From Marsupella aquatica (lineage: Eukaryota; Plantae; Marchantiophyta), in NCBI GenBank assembly GCA_973895155.1, contig OZ316891.1, forward strand, positions 12,274,771 to 12,338,770: a stretch of DNA of 64,000 bases. Direction: 5' to 3'. This document shows, in pieces, positions 10,390-24,277 of this stretch (its first letter is position 1; every line of letters begins with the position of its first letter). The notes under the pieces were generated by a model. The model was not told the DNA's origin. It ran no database searches and worked only from the letters and a program-made list of their open reading frames with translations. The translations under genes and the position numbers were made by a program.

Positions 10390-11479
10390 CTGCGAAAGTG
10401 TATACATGTGCCCTAAAGCACGAAACGAGTGAATTAGGACTTTGGGAGAGAACAACTCAAACTGATCCCCCTCAATGGAAGGCGTGAACTGTACCCGGGC
10501 CAGGATCGACGGCCAGCCTCACCTCTGGAGACATAATAAACGTCGATCATGTTCTATGTTCCTTTATATCCGCGACATAGGACCATCCGTAGATAATTCC
10601 CGCACGAAACCGTACTGGCCTCATCATCCCAACAAGCCAGCAGACAGTTAGGGACACGGCAACGGCCGTCGTCAACTGACAGACACCTAAGGGGCGGTTG
10701 CCATTCCCGGGGTTAGACGGTTGCAATCACCGAAGAAATTTGGTCCCCCTTTTCCGCGTGAATTCCCCGATGGATACCCTGGGCATCCCGGTCCGGAAAT
10801 CCGGACCAGCTCTGCCGTCGACCAAAGAGGGCACGGCACAGTCATATTGGGAGAGTCTTTTACCGGCCCCTAGGTCACGCTATCCACATCCCTTTCCGGC
10901 TTTCCCGCCCCATTTATCGTCCACGTTATACTCACGGTACGCCGGTACCGTCTAGGACATCTTCGTACCCTTAAAGTACGTACTTGGGAGTACGGGAAGG
11001 ACGGGTCGTAGGACACGACACGGGAAGGTCCTTGTCTGGACCGGTACCAGGAAGGTCCTTTCATTGTCGGTGTCGCAGGGACGTACATGACAGTTACTCT
11101 GGTCCTGATCACTTTCTTTGGCCCGTCCCTGCCTTCAAGGAGAACGTAAGGGAGAACGTAAAGAAGAAAAGGAAGGATCGCTGGGTGGGCCTAAACAGAC
11201 AACCTTTCTTGGCTGTCTCACCGAATTACCATTGTGTTTCGTGTAAAGTAAGGTCTGTAAAGTAACGACCATATAAAGTCTTTCTTGTAAAGCAACGACG
11301 AGGATCCGTGTGTGACCGATCACGATACAAAAATCTCTTTCTCCAGCCTACCTTCCATTTAGAATAGTCAGTAAATGTGGGCCCTTAGTGCATTATTTAT
11401 TTATCCCTATATAGCATTATTCAATCAACAAATTGGGGCCCATAGCTGGTAAATTTTCCCTTCAGCGCATTACCATCAG
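10390..11479. mobile_element. Putative 1.09-kb insertion (solo-LTR-like) flanked by CAAGT direct repeat
   Basis: CAAGT at 10385-10389 and 11480-11484, ends CTG...CAG, CpG-rich composition distinct from the flanks, TATA-like CCATATAAAG near 11270. Confidence 0.4.
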
Positions 11480-12685
11480 CAAGTGTGGAGCCTTACCCCA
11501 TTTAATTTTATTTCCTTAACTCGTTTTCCTATCAGCCCTTAATTAAGAAGTTGAGGGCACACAAGCATTATGGAAAACTGCTCCATGAGGTTTGAGGGGA
11601 CCTGTCCTCACACTGCAGTAAGGCGAATAGATCAGGGAGCACATTGGCTGCGGGTTGCCATGAGTAATAGTTTGGATCCACTCCTGATTCTTATTTGAAA
11701 TGATGAATTGGAGTCTCATTAACACTTGCCTGTGTTGTTGACTTGTAGACCATATCAATATTTTACCAATTTGCAACGCAAAGAGAGAGAGAGCATCCTA
11801 TCTCCTGATCGTCTATTCCTCATTCTAATTCTAAATGAATAACTAATCCAGTTCTTAGTCATCTGAACAAACTACTCTTGTCATGATGCTCAACAAAGTC
11901 ATTTCTTCAAATAGGAGGATGGACAACAGGGAGAATGTCCTAAGATCAACCTTGCGTTCAAGATTTCTTTCAAAGTGGGACGTATATTGTTAATATTGTG
12001 TCTAACTAAATGATGGTTGTTTACAAAATCAAGCTGAGAACTAGTCAGCGGGCTAGTCAGTACAGAATATTAATAAGTCTGGCATAATGGTTCTCCCATT
12101 CCAGTCATGTTCTTAGTGCTTTGAGACAAACAAATTTCCCTTTGTCACCTTTTAAAAACTTGGGTGTTTGTTGGGCAAAGTGAGACACTGTCCCTCAATT
12201 GTGGCACAATGTTTGCTTCATGCTCCTTAATAAAAATAAATGTTGCCCACTCTCAAGACTTCAGCTCAACTTTGGTCTCTATCATGTCTATCTCTTGTCT
12301 ACTTCTTGTTTTTGGTCACATAAAGGGCAGAAATACTGAGCCTGGGCACATCCAAAACAAAGTGAAGAAACCCTAACCAAGAACACCCACAATTGACCAC
12401 AAAAAATGCTCAAAAGTTTGCCCACAATGTCTTGGCAGAAATGTGGCCTTGAATTTGCTCATAAACTGTCATTGACCCCAGCAACTAGGCTCCCTCAAAC
12501 TAATGCAGCCCAGCAAAAGATTGGAAACCCTAATTGCACCAATATAGACAAGTAACATGGAGTATGACGATGTACCTCTAGCAGTGATAGCTATTTGTGC
12601 GCTAGACTGCCCTTGCAGGTTTTTTTCACAAAACACATGGCCATGTTTCTTCAGTAAATTTGGCCGGGTACTTTCTGAATTCTGC

Positions 12686-12898
12686 CTCCTGCTTCTGCAA
12701 AAGCCTTCTGACCTATTTAAAATATACCTATATAAGAAAGACAATATTGTATACTTATTTTTACTCTGAATTTAAAATGATCAATTTAACTTCAGCCTCC
12801 TGCTTCTGCAAAAGCCTGCTGACCTATTTAAAATAGACCAAAGACAATATTGTATAATTATTTCTACTTTTAATTTAAAATGATCAATTTAACTTCAG
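12686..12898. repeat. Tandem duplication of ~105-110 bp
   Basis: CCTCCTGCTTCTGCAAAAGCC...TGATCAATTTAACTTCAG occurs twice back to back. Confidence 0.85.
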
Positions 12899-13145
12899 AA
12901 TATAACAGGCCTATGTTGGTTTTTTTGGACTTAATAGTTTTTCCCAAAGGAGTTGCAAAGGCATGGAATCTAACACTATAATACGCAATCCCGCCCATTT
13001 GGCCACTTTCGTCCGTCATCCCGTTACCAATTCAAATTTCAGCGGGAATCAATCTTAACCGTCAGATACAAGCATCTCATTTTTTGTAGCCATCCGATCG
13101 TGAAACGAGGCATGCACCAGATTGAATGAGGCACTCAGGCACGCG

Positions 13146-13460
13146 CAGCCCCCTCCATAGGGCTTCGCGCCCCTCCTGGCCCCGACACCCCTGCTCCCCG
13201 TCCGTTGCGAATGAAGGAGGCACGAGCCTCACTCGCCCCCCTCCATAGGGCTTCGCGCCCTCTTACCTCGCTCGCTCCCCTCCATAGGGCTTCGTGCCCT
13301 CCTGCCTCGCTCGCCCCCCCATAACATGCGATTGATTGCTCGAGAAGTGAGAAGAAAACTTTCTTTCGAGGCATACATCAGATTCTCCCTATGGGACCGG
13401 CCCTCCTTGCACAGTGCGTTCGGTAATTCTTTCGAGGCATATATCAGATTCTCCCTATAG
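13146..13460. repeat. GC-rich short repeats, likely TE interior
   Basis: CCCCTCCATAGGGCTTCG(C/T)GCCC x3 and TCTTTCGAGGCATA.ATCAGATTCTCCCTAT x2. Confidence 0.7.
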
Positions 13461-14542
13461 AGCTCGTAACACCATAATGAGCCCAACTTAAACACAAATT
13501 GAAGTACAATCAATTCTGGTAACAACTAAAATGTCTTAAACAAAAGTGGGAAAAGGGGGGGCCCCAATGCCGCAACATTTCTCCGTTTCCCGTGAGAAAA
13601 CTCATCGTGCTTACAGGTGTGTATCGTAGCCGTCCATAGAAAATTATGACACTCAAATGAACTTCCATGAAACTCGCAAGACTTAAAAAAAAGAGGAGAA
13701 TCCTCAAACGCGAAGGGCGACAATTATTGCCAAACAAAGATCACTTTATAACCTTATGAGATTCGTTCTTGCCAGAGAAAGAAACGTAATGGCCGTCCCT
13801 GCCGTCTTCAATCGTGAGGTACACTTGGCTTTCTTCAGTTCGCCGGCTGCATCATCCACCTACCCAGCCGGTCATTACCAGTTGCACGTGGTGCGCCCGT
13901 ACGACAAGGTACCGGAAAGGACGGTTGGCGTACTGCTCGTGTACTTCAACCAGTACGGACGGTCCCACCGAGTTCTATCTTTGGGCCCACCATTCCCCAG
14001 ACGCGGCAAAGACGCAGAATAATGTAAATTGGAAAACGGAAATGACCTCTGGAAGACTGGAACTCTGACTCTGGAAGCAATGCAGCATTGACATGGCGTA
14101 ACTTGACATTGCATAGCCGGACAGTCATGATGTCACGCGGTCTCGAGTTGAGCTTCGTTCTGCGGGTCAGCCTATTTCTTTTTTTCAATTTTCGCCCAAT
14201 TCCACCTCCACAAAAAGCGTTCGCCACTTTGGCTAACATTCGTTAGGTTCTTTGTATGTCATGCGCCACTTTCACATCAATCATGGACCCCATTAGCCAA
14301 AATCTAAGGGTCAGTATACAATCCAAGAAAAACGGACAAAGAATACTCCTAGCATCTTCTCCTTTAGAGCTACATTTGCCAAACTAGTTAGAAAAACAAC
14401 AAAAAAAAACCTTAAAAAATAAGCTCCTTTGGGTGACCAACCATCATGCAATCCTGGCACAAAGCAGGGTAATGGGGCTAGTTGCCCTGATCAGGCAACT
14501 ATGGTCTGGTTCCAGGGAGGTTTCCAGATATATATGTATATA

Positions 14543-15409
14543 TATACTTGATGTGACCTTTGCCAAGAGAAATTTGAGTGATGGGCTAATTATGTGTTCA
14601 CATAACTATAAGAGTGGTAAGGGATCTGTCGCTACATCATAATGGGTTTGTACAACATCTAATCTAAACATTTAGTCTAGTTTTTGCAGACTTGTAAACA
14701 TTAAGAGTGTTAGGGGATCTGCCGTTACATGATAATGGGATTGTATAACATTTACTCTAAACATGTAGTGTAATTCTTGTAGACTTGCAAACTTGTTTCA
14801 CATTTGGATAATTTTTGAAAATTGCAACAAGGGCAAATAGCCAAAAATAAAAGATCTTTGGTTCCTTCCATACTAAGACAAATTTGGGGTCTTGATGTGA
14901 GAAGACTACATCCATGTTTTTGTTGTTCCACATTGGACAACTTTTGAACATTACAATGGGGCCCAACGGCCAAAGTAGAGGATTCATTCCATACTTAGAC
15001 ATAAAAACAAAGAGAAATGTCACAACATCATGAAAACCCTATGCATAGGTTGCATGAAAAAAATCCTTTAAAAAATAACAACAATAATATAATATAATAT
15101 AATAATAAATGAAGCAACTTAAAGACGGACCATATGGTCAAAATTCAAACTTGAAGTGATGAACCATATTGTCTTCACTTAGAAACTCTTATTTTGCGCA
15201 ACGGCTGTCACTACTCCGTGGTTCAATTGTCATTCAACACTGCTTGACTCTAAACTTGACTGTAGCTCTTATTAGTGACAGCTAAAATTCCTTATAGGAG
15301 CTGTACAAGAACATTTGACACAAGAGTGTCACAAGGGGCCTAGTTTGTAACAAAAGTTTTGTAAGGGCCTATCACGTAAATACTTTTGGTAGGGGTCCCA
15401 TCAAGCATA
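14543..15409 (-). mobile_element. Non-autonomous TIR element, copy 2 (reverse, partly deleted)
   Basis: Reverse complement of the copy 1 interior. Ends GGCCTAGTTTGTAACAAAAG...CCCATCAAGCATA. Confidence 0.7.
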
Positions 15410-15414
15410 TACTA

Positions 15415-17434
15415 TATACTTGATGGGACCTACCTTTGCCAAAATAATTGACATGATGGGCCCTTATGAGACCTTTCTTACAAACTAGGCCCCATACGTA
15501 GGTTCCCTACACATGGTTCTTATGTGGTGTCTAACTACATGGTCAACCGTACATTTCCCACCGCCCTCCACCGCACGTCGCATCATAGTCCACTGCGTGC
15601 ACATCTATGCTTGAAGACATAATGGATTATAATGTCTTCACACAATCGATTTGTAGCGTTTTAGATGATAGTGGGTTTGTACAACATTAAGTCTAGATCC
15701 TGAAGACTTGCAAACATTTCCTGTTATGCTTGACTTTGTGTTGTCTTTGTCTTTGTTTCACACTTAGACAATTTTTGAAAGTTGCAACTAGGGCAAACAG
15801 CCAAAAGTAAAAGATCTTTGGTTCTTTCCATACTTGGACAAATTTGGGGTCTTGATGTTAGAGGACTACATCCATGTTGTCTTCGTTCCACAATTTATAA
15901 CCGTTGCAATAGGTGTCAATGGCCAAAGTAGAGGATTCATTCCATACCTAGACAAAAGAACAAAGAAAAACATTATGAAGCAACCTAAAGCACTAGTACA
16001 AAAATGACCCCTAAACTGATTTGCTACGCATCGGACGCCTTCGGCAAAATGTTGTGGTTTTTATCGGTGGTCTGATTTTAGTCCAATTGCACTTTCCAAT
16101 GCTCAAACAGTCGGGTAAGCGTGATTGGACCGAGATCGGAAAAGTCCAATTCTTCGGGTATTGGAAATTCGGTTTCAATTCAAAAATGATGGCAAAACCA
16201 TGTCCAATTCTATTAGTATGGCATCATGCGGTCCGAGCACTTTGGAATTGATATGCAATGTGCGATGGGGTAAATTGCAAAAGCTCAACCCGACAACCAT
16301 GGAAAGTGTGGAGCCAATACTTTTTCTCAATCTAGTGGCGGGCTAATTAGTGTGTGTGTGCAGACTTGAACTCCATTGGTTGGCTAGGTTGTGTGTGCAG
16401 ACACCCATCCCAATTGCTATTCCTCCAACATGGAGCTTAACTATGTGGTTATTTACTAGTGCATTGTACATGGAAGCTTGACAATTTTGGTGTTTGATAT
16501 AGACTCTTTGGGACTTTTATACACTTCTAAATCTGTTAAGACGGCCACACTTTGGACCCCATTTCCAATCCTAACTAACATGGATCACTAAGTCCGTTTA
16601 ACTCACAATTGGACCCCAATCCCATTCTAGTTGCATTGCAAATCACACATCCAATTTAATAACGATTGGACATGCTTTTCCAATCCTTGAGTGCTTGGAA
16701 AACTTTACTGATTATTTACGTCACGAGTACAAATTTCTGTTTCCAATTTAATCACTCATCAAAGTTTCCAATTAAATGCGTATTGAAACATCCGATCTTC
16801 ATAGAATTGCAACTAGGAATTCCAGCTCCATCGGAAAAATGGGCTTGAGCTTTTCTTTGGAAAGGCGTTTACGATTTATTTAGAATTGAAACAAAATTGG
16901 ACCATGTGGTCCAATGTTGACTAGCATGGGCAGTGGATCCGTTGTGTCCACAATTGGATACGGTGTCCGTTTGAGGTTTGAATGGAATGGTGTTTGTCCA
17001 ATTCAAGTAGAATGGCAAAGTTCAATTCGTGTTACATCAAAAAGTGCAGTTGGTGATCCAATTGGAATAGAATGGCAACTCTTGGCATAGTTGGAATGCG
17101 AGAATCAGAGTAGGCCCCAAAATGTACTAGTGAAGATGGACAATATGGTAAAAATTCAAACTTAAAGACGTGAATCATATTGTCTTCACTTCAACTTGTA
17201 GTTCATGCGACGGGTGCCACTACTCCACCGTTACCCCATGGTGTATTTGTCATTTGACATGGTTTTCAAACTCTAAACTTGACAATAGCTCTCATTGGTG
17301 ATAATATCAAGCTAAAACTCCTTATAGGAGCTGCACAACAACATCTAACACAATAGTGTCGGAAAGGGCCTGGTTTGTAACAAAAGTTTTGTGAGGGTCT
17401 ATCACGTAAATTTGTTTTGGTCTTGTCAAGCATA
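15415..17434 (-). mobile_element. Non-autonomous TIR element, copy 3 (reverse), interrupted by a CACTA element
   Basis: Starts TATACTTGATGGGACC and ends TTTGTAACAAAAG...TCAAGCATA. The interior aligns with copy 2 once 15991-17135 is removed. Confidence 0.75.
15991..17132. mobile_element. Non-autonomous CACTA (En/Spm) element
   Basis: Termini CACTAGTACA...TGTACTAGTG, 3-bp TSD AAG (15988-15990, 17133-17135). The empty site is visible in the paralogous copy at ~15111-15150. Confidence 0.9.
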
Positions 17435-18485
17435 CACCTCAAGGTTTTCACGTGAGAAAAATCACATCCAAAAGTAACCTTGGGGGTTTCACTTCCACAA
17501 AAATGGCACATCATGTGCGACAAAGTGCGACAAAGGATAGGGTCATTTTATTGGCTCGAAGGGAAGACTTAAGAATGTTCTCAAAAGATCAATAGAGTCT
17601 TTTAAATCCAATTTTGAGACTTATAAGAACATGACTAGGGTCCTTCTAACCAAAATTTTGGAATGTTCTAAGAATGTTCCAACTTTATAGGGGTTGAATT
17701 AGTTTTCTTTACATTTTAGGGGGTCTGAGGCCTAAAATCATTGCAGGTGATGGGGAGACATCCATTTAGTGAGACCCTTGAGGAAGTAACTAGGAGAGAA
17801 TGACAATGGCGTGAGACAAGAGACACCAGATAACTGGAAGCAATTGGCAAAGCCGCAAACTTGGAGTCCTGCTTGGAATTTTTTTTATGTGTGGGTGGGG
17901 AAAGGGGAAGATTTAAACATTTGACACTTGAGAGTGAACATGGAGCATTTCACGAAGGCACTACAAAGTTAAGCTGTTGTAGCACCCCATCTCACTTAGC
18001 TCTATCCTTGCTTGGAATTTGGGTTTGGGAATTGGTTGTTTTGTTATCTACACCAATAAGTCACCAGGCCATTCTTGCACGGGCAAAGAACATTATTTGA
18101 TGGGCAGGGCATTCTTACCTTGTCTGGACACCAAATTTTGGTGTTTTGCAAGGGACCTAATTAAATGAATGTTTTCCCTGTTGGGAGATGCCCAATGAAA
18201 ATAAAAGATCTAGAGGCTTTATTTTAGACAACGCCCTCCAAGGAGGGTTTAGTTAGCACATTTTTGCTTCCACAATACACCCACATGTTCGTTGGTTCTA
18301 ACCTCATGTTCAAGATTTTGGGTAATAAATAACCAAAAGAATTAGTACTTTTTGCCAGTCAGCTTGTAAATGTCAAGGTGGAGCAAAGAATTGCAAGTGA
18401 GGCAAAGAATTATTGTCATACTGACTATGTCATTTGTGCAATCATGTTTGTGGGTATGGAAGCCTCATTGTTTTAGGTAGGTGAT

Positions 18486-18921
18486 TGTTGTTAAAAAAAT
18501 GTTATTATTTTGGTCAATGTTATTGTTGTGAGGGAGTTTGTTGGGGAGTTTGTTGGGGAGGACGAGGGCATGGGTGTTAGGCTAGGGTTACAACTGTAAC
18601 CGTAATTAGGGCTTACCTTAGTCATAGACTAGGTTAGGTTAACTAGGCTGCACACTATATCCCAAGCGGTGTTTTCTTGGATAGCAGGAACTTAGACTCA
18701 TTGTTACGGAACCAGTTGAGAGATAAAAGAGATCTTGTATTGTGGAGACTCGGTATGGCCAACAGACCTAGATTGCAGTAATTAAAACTCTCGTGTGTTC
18801 TCGTGGACGTAGCCTCAACTGAGGTGAACCAAGTATCTCATTGTGTTGATTACTTGTGTGTTGGATGGTTCATGGGCTTGCCTTTATGAATGTCATCTTT
18901 GCTCAACAATGGGGATGAGAG
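18486..18921 (+). mobile_element. Copia-type LTR remnant
   Basis: CTCGTGGACGTAGCC..GGTGAACC U5-type motif shared with the LTRs at 48997 and 54593. Ends CTCAACA, followed by a degenerate PBS-like TGGGGATGAGAG. No TSD found. Confidence 0.45.
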
Positions 18922-21900
18922 ATGGGTGACAAAGTCCACTGCACAACATAAGGGACATTTATTTGTTTTCTTTCTATTGTTTTACTATGCCGAGACTGGG
19001 CCCTCCTCTTGCTCTTGTTTTCTATTGGGCCACTTTTGTTGGACCGCTTGTCAGCATAATTTTAATGTTTTTCCTTTCTTGCTAGTGTTGCAAATGTCAC
19101 CTTGTGTGAAGGAGAATGGCACAATTGCAGAGATGCAAGGAATATTCATGATATAGTTTTTCTACATCAATCAGATCTCCCTAGATTGAAGGATGACTGT
19201 TACAATCTCGCTAAATAATGGGGTTTGTGGTTAGGTGGTAAACTGGCTAATAGGCAGCAAAAAATCTAGTGAATTTGTGCCAAATGTGAAGACTACTTTT
19301 TGGAAAGATAGAATCTAGCAAATTTTCATCACTAAAAGAACTGTTGTTGCTGGTTCCCCCTATCTGTGGGATTAAGGAAGAATAAAATGAAATTAAACCA
19401 AAAACTATCCCCAAAGCAAAACCTGGTCAATCCAGGGTCCCGAAATTAGTCGATAACATTCTTAACAAAGGTTTTAAAAAATGTATTATTTTGTCCTCCC
19501 CAACCTGGTGGACAGTTTTAGAGGCAAAATAGTAAGAGGCAAAATAGTTACAATCATGGTGATAATTTCATGGCCAGTTCAGCCAATGGAAGAACGAAGA
19601 ATAATTGACATCGAAGCCCTCGCCGTCATTCAGGGGTGAGTATCATCAAGGATATTAACGATCTTCAACTGTAGGACTTTATGACGGTGGGGCCTAATAA
19701 CAATCCATTTCATTGGAGTTGCCGTTCAGTAGTTTGGTTTCACTGTTCAAGTTACAGTTTTGTCTCGTGAAATCAAGCTGTCAAGGACCTCATATGTCAT
19801 GATGATGAATTGGGCCACTGGTTGTCACCTTCTTGTCACTGTTTTGGTACTGTTGCTGGTCTGGGCCCAATTCTTTCGCCCATGGTCTAGGTAACAGAGT
19901 TGTATTCCAGCCTTGGGGCGAACAAGAGACTGCCTGGCTTGGTTTTGGTGTTGTAATAACGTGAGCTTGGGACTGTCTCTTTTCCCCCAAAAAGCACTTC
20001 TACATGGGTGATGAACTGCAGAGTATGACCTGGAATTGCTCAATGTAGTGCTTTCGTCCAACTGCAGCTTCTAGTAAAACAAAACCCAGAATGGGAAGCA
20101 CTGCAAAATCTTAAAGAAAGCAATATGTCGATCGCCACATGCTGACAGCTGGACACTTCGGGGGCAACACTAAACTACACGACTGCAAAGTGCAAACCCA
20201 CATCAAGGTACGCTAGGGAGCATTCACTATTGGAGGAGGGGCATTGCTATGGTGGCAAGCATTCTACATGGGCAACCAGTAAACAACTCAGAGAGCAAAC
20301 CATAACTTTATAAACCGCAACTAAAACAGGAATAGAGAGAGGGCGGTCCAGGGAGTTTTTAAGGCAATTTTCTTTTGTGTAAACTCTAGAGGGCGTCTAT
20401 CTGCTATCCAAAATTTACTTATGCTGCTTTTTCAATTGCTTCCACATCCAAGGATTGTGATAACAGAGTACCTTGAAGATATCAATTTCCTAGCTGCTGA
20501 TTGTGTTCTGTATTGAAGGACTGAATTAAAGGAGCCAATAGCTGGTTTACGCAAATCTGTTGTTCTTGGGCATCCCTGAATCCAAGTCAGCTCGCTCCCT
20601 TTCTCCTCATTTCACTCTTTAAGGTCGGTCATCAACGAGCCTTTGAAAACAATCCGAATTATAAGGGATTTGATGATGATTAGAGTAGATGTGGTGATCC
20701 TGTGGAGACTGGCAGGACCCTTTTTTGGAGTCCAGTTTCTGTAAAAAGCTCTGCGACAACTTATAGAGTTGAGAATATGTTGGCACTGCAGAGTTGTCCC
20801 ATTTGTGTTCCCTTTCTCCCATACACATTCCCTTTGTGAAAATTGATACCTGCTAGGAAGTGGAGCTGTTGTCTCTTTGTGCCATTCTGCAGTGAAAATC
20901 CAGTCCTACTATGTGAGGAGCACACGGTTAGTGGATAGGTTCACAATGCAAATGTCCCTTACCGTGCATTCTGTCGGTCTTTGAAGTAAAACATCCAGGC
21001 CTACCAGCCCTCGTGTGTTTAAATTCCATAAGAAACAGTCCTGTCTCGATGTTTTCGCGGTTCTCTGCGATCTGCAGAGGAGCATGACCTGTCCCTATTT
21101 AGTAAAATGATAAGGGAGGTGCCAAAAGGTTAGTACACCTATAAGGGGCACATATATTCTGCCCTGATGCTGGTGACCTCATCTGCAAGGCTAGTAAACA
21201 TTGTCTTGTTGATTTACAGCCGACCAAAGGCTTTTTAGCTTTTGTCATATGGTATGCGTCATTATCTGGAGCTCACGATGGCCAAGTTGCCCTCGGAGAC
21301 CACGACATTGAAGGAGCAGGTTGCCGAAAGGGCAACTTCTCAGAGGCACATGCAACACAGAATGTAAGTCGTGGCCTTGGGGGCTGATTCTGACGTGGGG
21401 CAGTTCGTTACTGCAGATATGTCACCGGTGGGGTATTCGCAATCAGTATGCTTACAACAAAGTATTCTGCTTTTAGATCAAGACACTTCCTCGAGACCAA
21501 AGGAGACGAGGTATTTCTCTTATGGTGTTCATATATCTTCGTCTGAACCTCATGATGGCCAAATGGGGACATCATGACACGGAAAGAGTGGCTTGGGTAG
21601 CAACTAACTCTTCAGAGGCAAAAGCAAAGTGCGATCTGGATCTCAAGCTTGGGATGATTCGGATTTCGGTCAGTTCTCAGAGTTACGTTCAAGGTTGGTA
21701 GCATATTCTCCACAAGATGTCAAGACCAAGAACACGTCAATGGGGGATCTGTTGGTCAGCCTGCAAGAGCCAAGTGCTGGGCACATGACATTCAAAGGAC
21801 AAGGTTTCTGTTACATCATGAACGAGCGTCCAGCTGAGCACTGACATTGAAATAAGCCTAGAAAGATCTTGCAGCTCACACACGGGTCCAGCACTGGTGA

Positions 21901-23317
21901 GAAAACATGGGAGGGCGTCCAGTTGGGCACTGACATTGAAATAAGCCAAGAATTTCTTGGAGCTCACAGATGAGTCCAGCACTGCTGAGCGCAGATAGAA
22001 TGAAAAGAGGCATGGCTCAGCTGGAAATGTTGTACACGGCCCAAAGTCTTGAGAATTCAAGCTGCTTTCCAAAGGCCGCTGCTGAAGGATCTAGAAGAAG
22101 TGGAGGTGCCCAGCTGACCTTTCAAATGCAAATCCCTCGAACTAAATAATCCCCTGCACATGTTCGGCGCGAGTGTTTTTCGTGTCACATTTATGCAGTT
22201 CATCGCCTATTAATATTTGTACATTTCGACATGGAAAAGGGCAAACGCTTCTGAGGAGATATGTGGACGGAGAACGAGCAGACACTGTCCATTCGACCTG
22301 GGAAAGAGATTGCCTCATTATGACCCTAATGCTTCACAAGAAGTTTGGTCGAGGTTGATATAGATTCACGGATCATCTTCTCCCAGTACCTGTTCACACT
22401 CGTCTACTTCTTTACAGCGTTGAAAATTTCCTTTGATAGTGAAGGGAACCAGTACTAACCATTTCAGTCACTGAGATTGACCACTCGGCTAGTTCTTGCG
22501 TTTAGTTGCTCTAAGGAAAAAAGACACGTGAGCAGGTCATGACTTGAAAATCGGTACTACAAATGAGACCTGGAGGAAAATTCCGACAGTTTTCACGAGT
22601 TCACGGCTGTACCTTGACCTCCTCCCTCAAGAAAATTGGCAATCTTCAGTAACTGCAAGCTATATAAGAAAAGTGGACCAAACCATCCTTTGCTCCAAAT
22701 AAGCAAGTCCTCGGTGTTGTACGTCCGCAGTATTCCACTGCCCACATCCATCATTTTCTTAATTCTCAGAATGTTTTTTTTGTGTCCTGTCGTATTATCA
22801 GGACAAAAACTTGGAAGCATAGAAAGGAACCTCATCCTTTGTTAAAACTTGATTTCAAGTTACCGGGCGATATTGCACAAACTATCCTCCGAAAATTGGC
22901 TGATCGAGTACCTCAGTGATGAACAAAGATCTCATCAAGTCCTCCAGCAGCCAAGAGATTGGAGGGTACGTACACAGCTCAGGATGCTTTATTGAAATCA
23001 GCACAAGGCTACTGTCTCGTCTTGCATTGACAGTAGCCCAATGGTATACGAACTCCGAATTGATTGCCCCCGCCCTGTATGCTGAGTCTGATTTATCCTT
23101 CCTGTCAAAATTGCGAACAGTCGAGTCGTTCATCACAAAGTAGCAGAAATTCGTCACGTACCTGTCTTCACAGACTCTGACTACTACACCAGGGCCGGTA
23201 ACGCTCCAATGCCTAAGAAGTATTCTGTAATAAAAATCAGCCCCTTAACCGAGGGAGGTTTCACTCTACTGTATAGGGAAGGCCCCTTGAGCGTATGATA
23301 CATGCTGGAGTATCCGT

Positions 23318-23570
23318 GAAGATGGAGACTGGCAACTACGAACCTGTACACATCCTCTCCCGTTTGCAAACTTCTAGTATATAAGATAAGAAACAATTAT
23401 GGGTCAAGATGGAGACTGGCAGTTACAACCCTGCATGCATCCTCTCCCGTTTGCAAGCTTCTAGCATATGAGAACCAATTATGGGTGAAGATGAAGACTG
23501 GCATATTACACTCCTGTACATATCTTCTCCAGTTCGCACATCTATAGCATATGACAGACAATTATGGGCA
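23318..23570. repeat. Three tandem ~82-87 bp units
   Basis: AAGATGGAGACTGGCA...CATCCTCTCCCGTTTGCA...CAATTATGGG x3. Confidence 0.85.
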
Positions 23571-24277
23571 ACACGGAAGGACCACTCTAATTTAATACAG
23601 TAACCCTAGGGTTCATTGTCACTCCAGGGAGAGAGATCCAGACAATTCAGACCAGACAATTACTTTAGAGCTCAAGGTGAGGTAGCTCTAAAACAGGTAC
23701 AGTAAACAGGTCAAAGTCGCCAACATCCTTTCAGTCTTTACCTTCAAAATATAGATTCAACTCCTGGGAAGAAGACGCAAGCGAGAGGACAAGCACCGTT
23801 ACGATTTACAGTCACATGGACTGATCACAACTATACACTTGCACACGGCAACTTCTATTGCCATGAAGACAAAATTAAACTTAGAGGTCATCCACCTTCA
23901 AATATAAATGAAATTACAACTGTCCTGTATGTCAATAGCCACTCGAGGAATTATTAGCGAAATGAGGAGGATATGATGTGACTCCAGATTTTCAATAGCC
24001 GTGCTTCTAAACCAGGTTCTTTTTGACCAATGATCAGGTCAGGGCTTACAAACAGCCAATCGTCCATAATTTATAATGACACAGATGTCTTATTAAAGAA
24101 TGCAAGGAACCAGCCTTCTCATCTTATGCACAAACCAGGGCTAGTTCGCAGGAGGGATAGTATTAGTCAGTCCACAGATAAGTCTGTAGTGATCTTGACT
24201 TGTAGGAACGTAACCTCCACAATCGAGGAAAACATACATTAAACATAGAATCTACAGAGACACCGGACAACAAAACA

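Noticed and set aside
13756-14022. 88-aa GC-rich ORF
   Set aside because: No recognisable domain. Lies in probable TE interior whose ends I could not define.
20460-20860. Possible minus-strand exons
   Set aside because: No consistent splice chain or homology recognised.
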